Assembly: GCA_965649825.1 (NCBI GenBank)
Contig: OZ287705.1
Location: 507,978 to 571,977, forward strand
DNA: 64,000 nucleotides
Reading direction: 5' to 3'
Source of the DNA: Penicillus capitatus
Taxonomy: Eukaryota > Plantae > Chlorophyta
Positions 11,438 to 24,529 of the stretch are shown here, piece by piece. Under the pieces are notes generated by a model. It made no database searches and was not told the DNA's origin. It worked only from the letters and a program-made list of their open reading frames with translations. The translations under genes were made by a program, and so were the position numbers. Position 1 is the first letter of the stretch; every line of letters begins with the position of its first letter.

Positions 11438-11763
11438 GTCACTGTCGGAACGCGAAAGGTCGCTCCGCTGCGAAAGAAGTACTCGCGGCTGGACGGAGCT
11501 TCAAGCAGCACGGGTCGCTGTCTGGTCTCTTTTCAGCGATCTGGCCGTACGAGAAACGGACGCCCGAGGTTTCCTCTCGGAAACATCCTCCTCGAATGTG
11601 GCGAAGGGTCGCCTGTAGTTGTCCGTACATCTGCACGACATCTCGGACAGCCCGCAATTTCAATTTCGCAACGGAGTGTCGGTTTTCATTTGAACTTCGC
11701 AATCGAAGCAGTGAAACGGAGTTTGGCCCTTACGGTGTCTCTGGTGTCTGCACTCGCGGAAAC

Positions 11764-12859
11764 ATGAAACGCGCTGTTCTTTGCGCTTGGCTCTGTTTCC
11801 TTCTTCCACGCTCGACACTCGGCAGTCATGGTCGTGTCGGTTAAACCATGTCGTCCCTCAGTCGAGCTTGTCGTTGCGCGAAGGTGCCCAGCTGTCAGCG
11901 GAAGGGAACGCTGGGGACAGTCGCTTGCGCAACACAGCCGCCAAGAGAAACGACGACAACGCCGAACAGGTGAAACAAACAACCGTAGACCGAGCGCGCC
12001 GACAAAGGCTGCCGACGCAGTTGCAGCTCGAGCACAACTCCGACTACCGTAAGGCTCCGGTCTTCGCAACGAAACCACTTCATGTGGCAGCCGCACTGGG
12101 AGAAGCAGACCAGGTGAAGGTGCGCTAAGTAACATGCGTGAGAAGGTTCGCTGGCGATGCTCTTCTGCGCAGCGTCTTCTCGATCGGGGCGCGGACATCG
12201 ACGAGACAGAAGAGAACGGTTTTACAGCACTCCACTGCGCAGTGATGATTCCCTCAGAAGGACGCGCGGCGACTGTCGAAGCGAGAGCGCATACCGTGAA
12301 AGCAAACGCCGATACGTGATCGCCCTGTCGCTTGTGATTGCGATCGCAGGTTCTGCTCGACGAAGGAGCGAACATCGAAGCGAAAGACGAGAAGGGCATG
12401 ACTCCGTTGCACCTTGCAGCCGCCACAGGATGCGTGGAGGTTATTCAGGTGAGGCATTCAGTCTACTTTACAGCCAAGGGACGCGAGATGCCTTTGCAGA
12501 TTCTGCTCGATCACGGCGCGTCCGAGAATGTAAATGACAGGTCGGGGAGCAGCATCCCATACGACCTTGTGTATCTCTTTGTGGACGAGGAGGATTCCGG
12601 AAACGAGAGGTCTGTGGCCGACTCCACGTCGAATTCTGAAGAGGTTCGCAGTAACGACGATGGCAAGCACCGCCCGTGGTGGTGCATGGCACTGATCATC
12701 GGTTCTATTGGTTTCGTTGTTCTGATCGCCGTTCTTCTGACGGTCACGGCGTGCTGCGTTATTCATGGACCATCGATGAGCATTGACACAACCAACGGTC
12801 CATCGCTGAGCTTTGACACGCCCAACCACCCGTTTTATCCAACACGGTCCAAAATCTGA
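11764..12859 (+). CDS. ANK-D: type I membrane protein (signal peptide, ~4 ankyrin repeats, one TM helix, short tail)
   Basis: ATG 11764 (MKRAVLCAWLCFLLPRSTLGS). Repeat exons RLLDRGADID..TALHCAV and VLLDEGANIEAKDEKGMTPLHLAAATG. GC donor at 12281. The last exon carries WWCMALIIGSIGFVVLIAVLLTVTACCVI, then about 30 aa and TGA at 12859. Confidence 0.85.
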
Positions 12860-14257
12860 TGGCACCGGGAAATGGCGTTGTGCGCATCTGGGTCAAAGTG
12901 GATACGAATGCTTGGACTCCTGAGTGATGCTGATGAGAGCGTACGATTTAATCGCCTCGGTTCTATTCTCCCCTACGACGATATCGCAACACTCGAAGTG
13001 GTCGCGTCTTCGAAGGCAACTTCGTTGAATTGAATAGACATCGCAATGCTCGGCGTCGAGAGGGGCTGTGCAGGTATGTCTATCAGTGTGTGATTTCTTA
13101 TGGACTTACTAGTCAAGCGGTAGTCACAAGCTGTGTCCGACATCTGTGAAGCTAGGGTGACCGTCGTTTGGCCATTTTAGAAGTTCCAGCAGCTGTCGCT
13201 GTCAGTGACGTGGACAACGTGTGCACGACAGTCGGCTACGATGTGACCCGTTTAACATTGTCGTACGGTGTGTATTGCTGTTAAGACAGAGAAACCGAAA
13301 TGGCTGAACAAGAAAACAAACGCATCACTCTTCGAGATGCGATAGAAATCCACAAAGAACTGCTCCCATTACACCCTTCTGTCTCGATCCCTCGTGCACA
13401 GCAAGGGGATACCGGACAGAAGAGACATCGGATAACCCAACGTTCACTAAACGAATCCGGACTGCAAGCCACAGCGAAATCGATACACAGAAGGTACGTC
13501 TACAGGCGCGATGACGGGATAGCAGAACAAAACACTATCGTCACGATTATCGCTGTTTGGCGAACGGCAGTCAGACCTTCTGGAATGGGCTGAGCCGACC
13601 CGTGCCACCAGCAGCATGGAGATGCGAGGAATCTCGCTTTTGCACAACGACAAGACCACAAACCAACGGATCGTCGATTGGCAAATGTGCGTTTTGTTCG
13701 ACCTAGGTGATAGATAGGCGCTTCGCGTCGATGCTGTTGTAAACAAAGGCGGCTGCGAGTCCCTTCTGTCCTTTTCCGCCGTCACACAAAACGGCGACTC
13801 CGTGAACGCGTTCGCCACCTTGACGTCACCGCCTTCGACTCGCAGACCACTAAGAACATTAGGCGTCTGAGAATGTCACCTGTCATCGTTGATCGATCTG
13901 CAGTCTTCCTAGATGCAAAGGACTAATCGGATGCAAAGAGTCCTGATGCAAGCGCCAAGGGACGTCTGCTTCAGACGCACCGCGTCCAGAAAAACCAGCG
14001 GAAACGCTGCCATATACACAATCACAAGAGTAATCTGGCAGGCCAGGAGCAGTTTGCCGTACTTAACGCGAGATTCGCGTAAGGATGCTTCGTTCGCTCA
14101 AAACACTTCAATCATTAAACACCTTCTTTCAGAGTTGCAAGTTGAGATGGAGCTTTATGTACAGCACCATCAAGGTAAAGTACTAGAACATGTCTGGCAC
14201 ACAGATGCCAGACCGAGGATAAAAACGACAGGATGCGCATGACAGAAACGCCATGAA

Positions 14258-17042
14258 TCATGCGTTCTTCGTAGAAGGAGACAACAAGGACTCGAGTTCA
14301 GATACAAGCGAATCATAACAGTCACTCTCGAGACATATGACGTCATAGGGAGTATGACCGTCTTTGTCCTTGACCGATTTGGATGCGCCGTTATCAACCA
14401 GTGCCTGTGACATATTGGACAACTACATCCAGGATCAGAGAGAATGTGCGACGTACGGTTACGGTATAAGCATCTCCTTCCTTTGCTGCATAATGAAGTG
14501 GAGTCTGTCCTCTGTTGTCCGTCGCTTCGATGTCTGCGCTCTCTTGGAGGAGATCCTACGACGGCGGTGGTCGTTATTCTTACGAGACGGCGAGGATTGT
14601 ATTAACGGACTTCTACGGTTTGAACGTTTCCGTGCAGCGCTGCCCTATGAAGCGGAGTTTGCCCTTCGTCATTCTTTGCCTCGATATCTGCGCCCTTCTT
14701 AATGAGGAACTACGCCGACAGTCATTGCTCTCGTGAGACGGCGAATGTTGCAACGACGGCGGACCTTTGCGATGTCCTCTTTGCCTTCGTCTGCTGCCAC
14801 ATGAAGCGGGGTCCATAAGTTATCATCCGTCGCATCGACCTCTGCGCCTTTTTGAAGGAGAATCTACGGCGGCGGCGGTCGTTATTCTTGCGAGACGGCG
14901 AAGGTTGCATTAACGGACTTCTACGGTTTGAACGTCACCGAATCGTGCCGCTGCCTTGTGTAGCGGAGTTTGTCCTTTAACATCCTCTGCAGCGATATCT
15001 GCGCCCTCTCGAAGGAGAATCTACGCCGACGGTTATAACTCTCGCGAGACGGCGAGGGCTGTCAACGAACCTTCACGGATTCAGATTCTCTATAATATGC
15101 TGCCAAATGAAGTGCAGTCCATCCCTCATTGTCTGACGCCTTAATGTCAGCGCCTTCTTTAAGGAGAACCTACGCCGACGACCGTTCGTCGCGGGACAGT
15201 AAAGGATTGCGTCAGCAGACCTCCATGAATTCGACGGGGTGGTATATCGCTGCCTTGTGAAGCGAAGTTTTTCCTTCATCGTCCTTTGCATCGATATATG
15301 CGCCTTTTTGAAGAAGAATCTACGCCGACGGTTATAACTCTCGCGAGACGGCGAAGGTTGCGTCAAAGAACTCTTGCGGCTTCGGCGTCTCCGTACAGTG
15401 CGGCCCTTTGAAGTGGAGTCCATCCCTCATTGTCCGTCGCCTCAATATCTGCGCCTTCTTGAAGGAGAATCTACGCCGACGGTCATTATTCTCTCAGGAC
15501 GGCGAGAATTGCATTTACGGACCTTTACGGCGTCGTTTTCTCCGTACCTTGCTGCAAGATGAAGTGGAGTCCATCCATCTTTGTCCTTCGCCTCAATGTC
15601 TGCGCCTTCTTTAAGGAGGATCTACGCAGATGGTCGATATTCTCGCGAGACGGCGAATGTTGCAACGACGGACCTTTGCGATGCCCGTTTTGCCGACCTC
15701 TACTGCCACATGAAGCGGCGTCATTCCAGCAACATCCTTCGCCTCAATATCTGCGCCTTCTTGAAGGAGAATCTACTCCGGTGACTGTTCGTCACGGGAC
15801 GGTAAAGGACTGCGTTAGCAGACCTTTAGAGATTCGACCATTTCGAACAGCGCTGCAATATGAAGCGGGGTCCATCCGAATATATCCTTCGCCTCCGTAT
15901 CGGCGCCTCCTTGAATGAGAAGCTACGCCGACGGTCATTACTCTCGTGAGAAAACGAATGCTGCATCTAAGAACTTTTGCTGGTTCGATGTTTCCGTACA
16001 GTGCTACCCAATGAAGCGGAGTCCTTTCTTCCTTATCCTTCGCCTCAACGTCTGCGCCTTCTTGAAGGAGAATCTGCACCGATGACTGTTCGTCACGGGA
16101 CGGCAAGGGACTGCGTTAGCAGACCGCAGACCTTTAGAGATTCGACGCTTTCGTACAGTGCTGCAATATAAAGCGGAGTCCATCCCGCATTATCCTTCGC
16201 CTCAATGTCTGCGCCTTCCTTAAGGAGGATCTACGCCGACAGTCGTTATTCCGGCGAGAAGGGAAAAGTTGCAAGGGTTGACCTTTATGATTTCGACATC
16301 TCCAAACTCTGCAGCTGCGTGAAGCGGAGTCCGTCCACCTTTGTCCTTGGCCTCGATGTCCGCGCCTTGGTCAAGAAGATCCTGCGTTCGGAGCTGTCCA
16401 ACTTGGGAATTCGAGTAGAGTTATCCACACCTTCACGCGTTGTACATCCCCACTCCTAGCTGCCTCATGAAGGGGAGTCCCTCCGTCGTCCACTGAAAGC
16501 CATCCGTTAATAACGACAGTCCAGTTGGCTTTTCCTTGATCATGTGCGCTCTTACACAGTAACAGCGTTTCGTCGCGTCGCGTTGTTGACGCAGCACTCT
16601 ACCTGGTAAGGCTTCCGAGTAACTTCGCCGCTCTGCACAAAACCATGACGCCAGTTTCCGCCGCGGGTTAGTGTACGTAGTTTGTTTACTTGTTTGAACT
16701 TCTGGTCCGAGGCTTCGGAGTTGTCGATTCCTACGAAGCACGACGACCGAGCATGCGCGCAACAGCAAACACGTGTCTCGTTACCTCCGTTGCGCGTTCC
16801 GTCAATGTTCTGTAGGTGGCCCATCGGAGCCGCCATTTAGTAAAATCGCAGAGCAACAGGAGCCTTACCGAGAATCTTAACGGGAAGGAGTCGACGGACG
16901 CGTCGTCGTGAGGGAAGTCTGCGGCGCAGCAAGGCATCACCGTCGACACAGATGCATGGACGACGGTACCGCGGCTGCTTGTTGACGGGCGCGGACCAAG
17001 GAGCAGAAGGCAGAGCCACAAGCTGAAGGCAACCAGCTTCAT
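14258..17042 (-). CDS. ANK-B: secreted ankyrin-repeat protein (signal peptide, micro-exon linker, N-cap + 13 internal repeat exons, Cys-containing C-cap, no anchor)
   Basis: ATG 17042 ([24 protein letters not shown]). Repeat exons of 99-102 nt (e.g. 16381-16283, 16230-16132) with consensus [27 protein letters not shown], separated by ~50-58 nt phase-0 introns that mostly end CGTAG. Terminal exon [27 protein letters not shown] (TGA 14260-14258). Confidence 0.9.
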
Positions 17043-20000
17043 GCTTTCTCCGTCAGCGCAGACAGTTCCTGTGTTTTTCAAACGCGCAGCTCGCGAATGA
17101 AGAATTGCTGTGGCGGGCGGACTTTATTTCTTCGACGGTTCCGCGCCGTCATTTTCCATGCAGCTGCCTTCTGTGGTGGGCTGTTCCCGTTTCGAGGTGC
17201 TACGAGCGACAAACGCTCGGCAAAGAGCATGGAGAGACTCCATCCGTCAGAGCGTAGTTGTGCCGTGACGGGCACGCTTCGTCATGCAGGATGCGCGAGT
17301 CCCGTCCAGTCGTTCTTCTACCCGTCGTAGGTTGTTTTGTGCCACGCAGACGCTTCGATGACGCGGATGTACGAAGGGTCTCTCCAAAGGGCCGCTGACA
17401 GCGCAGCACAACTGCGAATTCACTGTGAATGTTGAAGTACAACATTAAGTGCTGAGGGACTGAGAAGGCGTTCTGACAGACGGTCTCTTGGATTGGAACA
17501 AGATCATGGCAGCATGCAGGCTGCTGCTTCACACGACCAACCTTGCTCCGTGCTGAACGCTCCATCACATAACAGCAAACGTGTGCTCTCGCGAGGAGAC
17601 AGACGCATTGTCATGGACTACAACGCCGAAACTGTCGCTCTACTGCTTTGTGGACAGGCGTCACTCGTGATCAAGTGCCGAGAATGCGGTCCGCCTCCCA
17701 CGTGAGATCCAGCATCGAACCAAGTCGTATGCCACCATCGGTAACGACAGAACGGTCTCTGTCTTAGAGGAGGATGTCCTCCATCACCTAACGCGACTGT
17801 CTGACACTGCCACAGCAACATTGGCGAGTTCGGTGGATTCGGGTTGCCTTTCACAGGGTGATGGTCCCAACTAATGAATGCTCACTGAACCAGAGACATC
17901 GTTCCTAAAAGTGATCTCATTGATCGTTCAAACAGACCCGACGCACAACGGCAAACTTCATGGACAGTGAGTGATTCATGATCGTCTGTTTTGACAGCCA
18001 TTCTTGTCTGTGAGAAGACAAGGTGTTGGGCGATTTCCAATTCCTCCTTCAGTCTTTTCACAACAGAGTCCCATGACGTGCATGGACGGACGGGCACTCG
18101 TCTTCCGTCGCTGTCCAGAGATACGTCTGTAACCGGAGTCTTCGCACATCTATCTGTTTTGGCTATCTTGTCAGAGACATTCCTTCGTCGCGCCGTAGAG
18201 GATGCCGTAGCAAGCGTCGAATACGGCAGTTGTGTGTTTGTGCACTTTGGATGTTTGGCTACGGGGATGGCAGGAAAGCTGCGACGAAGTGATCCAAAGA
18301 CGACGGAAGGCTTTGCACTGCCAAGTGCAGAAAACGGATAATCCCCTACGGAAGAACGTAAGACGGCATCCAGTCGACCTAGAGGAATTCGACCACGTTC
18401 CTGAAGAAACGCGCAGAAACGCCAAACGCGACGCCACGTCTTTGTGACAAGAACGACGTCGTTCGGTAAGTCACTCTTTACTCAAAGATCCACATCGTAA
18501 GGCTGTATATAAAAGAATGCGAAGTCTTAGCACGAAAGGGCAGATTTGCAGAACGCCATTGCCAAAAAAGGCACTGCCTCTCTGACGAGGAAACATTGCG
18601 GGGGATGTTTTGGAGATCGGAATCGGTGTCCGCTGCATAAAACTTGGGAATGTCTGGTTTTCAAAGACGAAGCCATGCCTAAGTATGTCACCACTCCCTT
18701 CCTTTAAAGAAGCGTGTCGTCATACACAATGCTACGTGCGATGCAAGAAGGAACACGAGATGGCAAGACGTATTATGGAGTCGGCGGAATTGCGCATTTG
18801 CTTTCACGGTGCAGGAGACCTCATCTGATGGGAGACTGAAGAAATTTTGTACAGGTACGGCCCAGAATGCAACGGCCATTGATGTCGAGATGCATGCTTG
18901 TGCAGTAAGGCAGGATTGATTAAGCAAGCGAGGAGAGTCTTGGAAGAGCGTCATTTTTTGGATTTGTCGACGTTACGCAAGTCCTTACCAACGAGAACTG
19001 CATTTAGCAGTTGCGACGTCCTTTATGCGTACTCGTATTTGACATGATTAAAAAAACTAAGCGTTCTGGTCTTATGAGTTTAGCGGTCGAATACCTGTGC
19101 CATCGCCGCAGGTCACGTCCCGCGATGATGCGACAGATCTCGAAAAGACATTGATATGGTGTCATGCAAAGCGTCGGAGAAGGTAGAGAGAACAAGAACC
19201 AATTCCCAAGACGTTCGACCAATTTAGCTAAAGAAAACGAGCTTGTCTAGCCGGCCAAGGACGAGTGTCGGGTCGAAATTAAGACCTGCCTGTTTCATCT
19301 TCAGTCTAAATGTGCTTTGCTTAGCGTTAGAATCGAACTGCTAGAAGCATAACGGGCCGCCTATTGAGCCGAACGAGAGAAGCGGCAGAATCTTATGTCG
19401 CCGGTGGACGCGAAGAAAGGCGCCGGACACGCGTTTGGGGATCTGAGAACGATCATTGATGCTTCGCCCGAATTCGAACTATGCCGAGGAGAGGAACATT
19501 ATCAAAACCAGTGTCACTAGCCTTAGCACGGACAAAGGCGATTCCGATTCGCCATTGTAGATCTATTGGAGAGGGAGGTGCCCTTACGAAAAGGTAAAAT
19601 AACTGATCAATCGTAGCATGACGCGAGAATCTTAAATATGATCACTCTGTGTGATTGTCTTGTTTTTCCTAATTGATGTGCGTAAGTGTATCCTCAAGGA
19701 AGGTGAACTGCAAAGCAGATGCTTAAGTATCGTTTGTTTTAGTATACTTACGTCGTTTATATGAACACAAGTCGAGGAAAGAACTACTGACAAAGCAAAC
19801 GACGTTGAAATGACCTAGAAGATTGCGATGAATGTGGAAGTGGATTAACAGACAAGGACGCTGCCAACGACTAAAGATGCGATCTTGCCAGAAAACAAGC
19901 CGACAGTATCTGATCTGGATATGGTTCTGCAGAGAAGTACAGCCTTATGCTAAGAAAAGAGAGCTTAAAGAGTGGAAGAGAGCCTTCCTAACATCCCCAG

Positions 20001-21239
20001 TTGAATTTCAAGAGAAGATCGTTATGCAGTAGCGCGAGGCAGAAATTACCACACGGCGAAGCACCAGTAACAGGTAGACTGTCTTACTCCTTTGCGCATT
20101 GGATACAGTCGAGGCAAGCCTTGTTGTTTCAATTAAAGAACAGCAGATTAGATAGTGTTAATAGATCGACATGGCTAGACAACATCGACTACTTTAAGTT
20201 GAACGCACTCGAGGCAGAGCCACAGAGTGCACCGAGAGAGAAGGTGCGCATCTTCATGTGACGTCATTTGATATTTTTACCATCCGTCCTTTCTATGGAG
20301 TCTCGACAGTCGAGACAAAGACCGCGAATGCGAAGCAATAGTTCAAACTTGAAGCTTAAGACTGTATGTAGTACGGCAATACTCTTTCGCGACAACGTCG
20401 AAACGCGACTTCTTCTTTATAGTGTTGACACGTCAAAACGACAGGTCGAACGCAGCCTGCACGATGACGATCAGCTTCAGGACGGGACAGAATGCAAACT
20501 CGTCTCTCAGCTCACGGCGAGATAGAAAGCCAAGGTAACGAGAACTTAGGATCACCCTAGAGGGCATAACGATGCAACTCTGGTTGTTGTCCGGTGACCG
20601 AGAACGACGTTGACATCGCGAAAACGCGCACAGAAATCGAACCGACACATCAGTCAGTGGAGAGCTTTTTGAGCACGAACGTCCCATCCGTCACACTCAC
20701 ATCGTCTGAAGTCTTTTCCATTCATCAGTGCTCGGATGGTTAGCTGCCGTGCTCTGCATAGACGTCCGGCGTCACCAGAGGTGCGAGAGTCGGACAAGAA
20801 GAGGGAGGGTGGATCGGACAAGTGAACGGGTGCATGAAGAGGAGGCTCGATCACGTTGCCATTATGCAACAGCAGATCTTCCAGACTGAGGATACAGCCG
20901 CCATCGAAATTCAGATGCGACAACGGGAGCCTCCACAGACGATCCGAGACAAAGCACGCCGATCCCTGACGATTTCAGCTGTTCAAGAGACGTTCTGTGG
21001 AACACAGTATTTGGATGCGACGTCTGATATAGGTTGGCTGGATTCGTGTGATCCACACACGATAACCACTTCCTGTCTGGCTCCGAGACGTCAAGCGAAT
21101 GATCGGGAAGCGACGCTGCGAACCATTGACCATCACCGATGTTCCTCTTACACACGGCATCGTCTCCGTTCACACCCGGATTCACTTAACATCGCCTCCC
21201 GAGGTAATCCAGACAGTCTTGTTCAGAACGCAGAGTGTG

Positions 21240-22290
21240 TCAACGTTGCCCGTCCGATGCGCGATCATTCCTTGACGCCGTGCACCAGCAGCGGAAGATC
21301 GCGTAACAGATGATGATCTCCGTTATTATCCAGAAACCGGTGAGGACGCCGTCGTCATCGGCAGCCAGCAGAGACAGGAGAACCGACTGGGTATCTCCGG
21401 AGCAATCCGCCTCGCTGTAGGCACACACATTGTCGTACGGCGTCCTCCCATAGAAGTCCTCCGCATCCTTGGATGCGCCCGCCTCGAGCAGAGCCTGTGA
21501 TGGTCGCCTTCTCCGCTCAGCACCGGACAGCAGAACGAACGTCTCACCAGAACAATCTCCACGCGTCCAGTTGCCGCTGCGTAATGAAGCGGCGTCAGTC
21601 CTTTGCGATCTGTCGCTTCAACGTCTGCCCCAACGCCGAGCAGCATCTCCAAGACATGTGCATTTGGCATGTCCTCTCACAAATCGGCGCTCACCTTCAC
21701 CGCGTCCGTACTCCCAGACACGATCGCGACGTGGAGCGGCGTCATCCGATCGCCGTCCGTTGCTTCGATATTGGCGCCGGCATCGAGCAGAACCTGCAGA
21801 AGGCGGTTACACTCGGGAAACCATCTCGCACTTGGAGACGGACCTGCACCACCTCCGCGTCTCCAGACGCTGCTGCATCAAAGAGAGGCGTCCTTCCCGA
21901 GTCGTCCGTCGCTTCGATGTTGGCTCCCTCGTCGAGCAGGGCCTTCATCGCAGGAATCACTTTCCCAACGCCGCGCGCTCACGCGTCGTCACTTGCTTTC
22001 ACGTCCTTCAGGCTTCCATCCCGAGCCGCCTCGTGAAGCTTTGTCCTTAGGCCGTTCTTGAGCACAGGGTGCTTCGCACCTCCCTCGAAGGGGAGCTGCG
22101 TTCGCAGCTGTTGGAGGAAACCCTCATCCGACTCGCCGTTCTGCTCTTCCGCGGACAGCCTTGGCCCTTCTACGTCGACAAGCTTGGTCAAGTCGTGGGA
22201 TGGCTTTTCGGCTTCACCCTGACTGGCGGATGCCGAGCGTAGGACGAGAAGGAACAGAAGCCACGCGCGGAGAACGGCACGCTTGGTCAT
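21240..22290 (-). CDS. ANK-E: type I membrane protein (signal peptide, ~5 ankyrin repeats, TM helix, short tail)
   Basis: ATG 22290 (MTKRAVLRAWLLFLLVLRSASA). Exons ALLDEGANIEATDDSGRTPLFDAA.., VLLDAGANIE..TPLHVAI.., MLLGVGADVE..TPLHYAA... Terminal exon TPYDNVCAYSEADC...GVLTGFWIITEIIICYAIFRCWC...GQR*. GC donor at 21996. Confidence 0.85.
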
Positions 22291-23080
22291 GTTCTTTCGT
22301 ACACAAAAGGAGAACAGGACGCCGAAGTTGGAACTCCGTTTCCCGTGCTCGCAAAAAGGCGGTTCGAATCGAAGCGTTTAATCGACGTTTTGCCGAATTG
22401 ATCTAGCGACGGAGCTGTTCTTTGCATGTATCCCCTTTGCAGCGGTATGTGACGGCGTCCGGACAGACTCGTTTACAACGCTGCTTCTAACCTTGTCCGT
22501 TCGCCAACCAGCAGCGTCTCCACAGACGCAACTCTGCAAATCGCGGTCGAGACGCAGCCGCTCGTGCAATGCGACGTTCGATGCTTCGATCCTGCGACTG
22601 AACAAAGCGCTTCGCGCTGTCGGTCGTGATGCAGAACGCGGAGCGAATGTAAAACCGCTAGTCTTGTTATTCAGTCGACGGATGAACGTCGTAGAAACTC
22701 AGAACAAAGATGACCGTCGCCAGCAGAAAGAGATCCTTGAACTGCCGACTTGGAAAGCACTTGAAGAGGAAACGTTCTGAGAACGGCGAACGCTGGAAAC
22801 GTTGCGACTTGTGTGCGAATCGATTTTGACTACAACGACGTCGCCGAAAGGACAAACCGGAAGCGATGCGACTGAATACATTACTCACGCCAAGATCCAC
22901 CCGAAGCCTCCGAGCATTCGTGGCCGTCGCCGACTCAAGTGCGTTCCGAGTGCACTCCAACAACCTTCACCGGCGGAGATCGTCAACTGAATCGAGGCTG
23001 CCTGAGGCGGTCGTCGTTCTGCCCGCAGAACAGAATTGCAAAAATTCGCCTTACAGAATCGAAGACAAGGACAAAGGCGC

Positions 23081-24335
23081 GATGGCGACTGGCGAGATGA
23101 CAGGTCGGCTGACTGGACTGCCGAGCGGCGATGGCGACTGGCGAGATGACAGGTCGGCTGACTGGATGTCGAGGATTGATGGCGACAGGCGAGATGACAG
23201 GTCGGGTGAGTGACTGGACTGAGGAAGCGCGATGGCGACTGGCGAGATGACAGGTCGGCTGACTGGACTGTCGAGCGGCGATGGCGACTGGCGAGATGAC
23301 AGGTCGGCTGACTGGACTGCCGAGCGGCGATGGCGACTGGCGAGATGACAGGTCGGCTGACTGGACTGTCGAGCGGCGATGGCGACTGGCGAGATGACAG
23401 GTCGGGTGAGTGACTGGACTGAGGAGGCGCGATGGCGACAGGCGAGATGACAGGTCGGCTGACTGGACTGAGGAGGCGCGATGGCGACAGGCGAGATGAC
23501 AGGTCGGCTGACTGGATGTCGAGGATTGATGGCGACAGGCGAGATGACAGGTCGGGTGAGTGACTGGACTGAGGAAGCGCGATGGCGACTGGCGAGATGA
23601 CAGGTCGGCTGACTGGACTGTCGAGCGGCGATGGCGACTGGCGAGATGACAGGTCGGCTGACTGGACTGCCGAGCGGCGATGGCGACTGGCGAGATGACA
23701 GGTCGGCTGACTGGACTGCCGAGCGGCGATGGCGACTGGCGAGATGACAGGTCGGGTGAGTGACTGGACTGAGGAGGCGCGATGGCGACTGGCGAGATGA
23801 CAGGTCGGGTGAGTGACTGGACTGAGGAGGCGCGATGGCGACTGGCGAGATGACAGGTCGGGTGAGTGACTGGACTGAGGAGGCGCGATGGCGACTGGCG
23901 AGATGACAGGTCGGGTGAGTGACTGGACTGAGGAAGCGCGATGGCGACTGGCGAGATGACAGGTCGGCTGACTGGACTGTCGAGCGGCGATGGCGACTGG
24001 CGAGATGACAGGTCGGCTGACTGGACTGCCGAGCGGCGATGGCGACTGGCGAGATGACAGGTCGGCTGACTGGACTGTCGAGCGGCGATGGCGACTGGCG
24101 AGATGACAGGTCGGGTGAGTGACTGGACTGAGGAGGCGCGATGGCGACAGGCGAGATGACAGGTCGGGTGAGTGACTGGACTGAGGAGGCGCGATGGCGA
24201 CAGGCGAGATGACAGGTCGGGTGAGTTGACTGAGGAGCGGCGATGGCGACTGGCGAGATGACAGGTCGGCTGACTGGACTGCCGAGCGGCGATGGCGACT
24301 GGCGAGATGACAGGTCGGCTGACTGGACTGCCGAG
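23081..24335. repeat. Minisatellite, ~25 units of 48/49/53 bp
   Basis: Core ATGGCGAC(T/A)GGCGAGATGACAGGTCGG followed by one of three tails (CTGACTGGACTG(C/T)CGAGCGGCG; GTGAGTGACTGGACTGAGGA(A/G)GCGCG; CTGACTGGATGTCGAGGATTG). A block of variants recurs with ~350-bp period. Confidence 0.95.
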
Positions 24336-24529
24336 GAAACGAGTCGATCGCTTCCAGTCTCGACGAGTCCAAGCCAATAGACAACATAAAGGGAAATCTA
24401 TTTCATGTCGGCCCCTGCGTCGACGTTTGCACTAAACTCGATGAGAACTTGCAGGAGCGGCGATTTTTCGAAGAACCCTTCACTCTCGTTGGAGACTCGC
24501 AGGAACCATTACTAAGATCTCTTACTTGA

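Noticed and set aside
17100-21200. Possible transposon relic or gene between ANK-B and ANK-E
   Set aside because: Only short stop-riddled ORFs; I could not find transposase/RT motifs, TIRs or TSDs. It needs a RepeatModeler/tBLASTx search.
22885-24387. 500-aa and 464-aa ORFs as ordinary protein-coding genes
   Set aside because: They are explained by a stop-free minisatellite with non-triplet units; two frames are open at once with rotating peptide phases.
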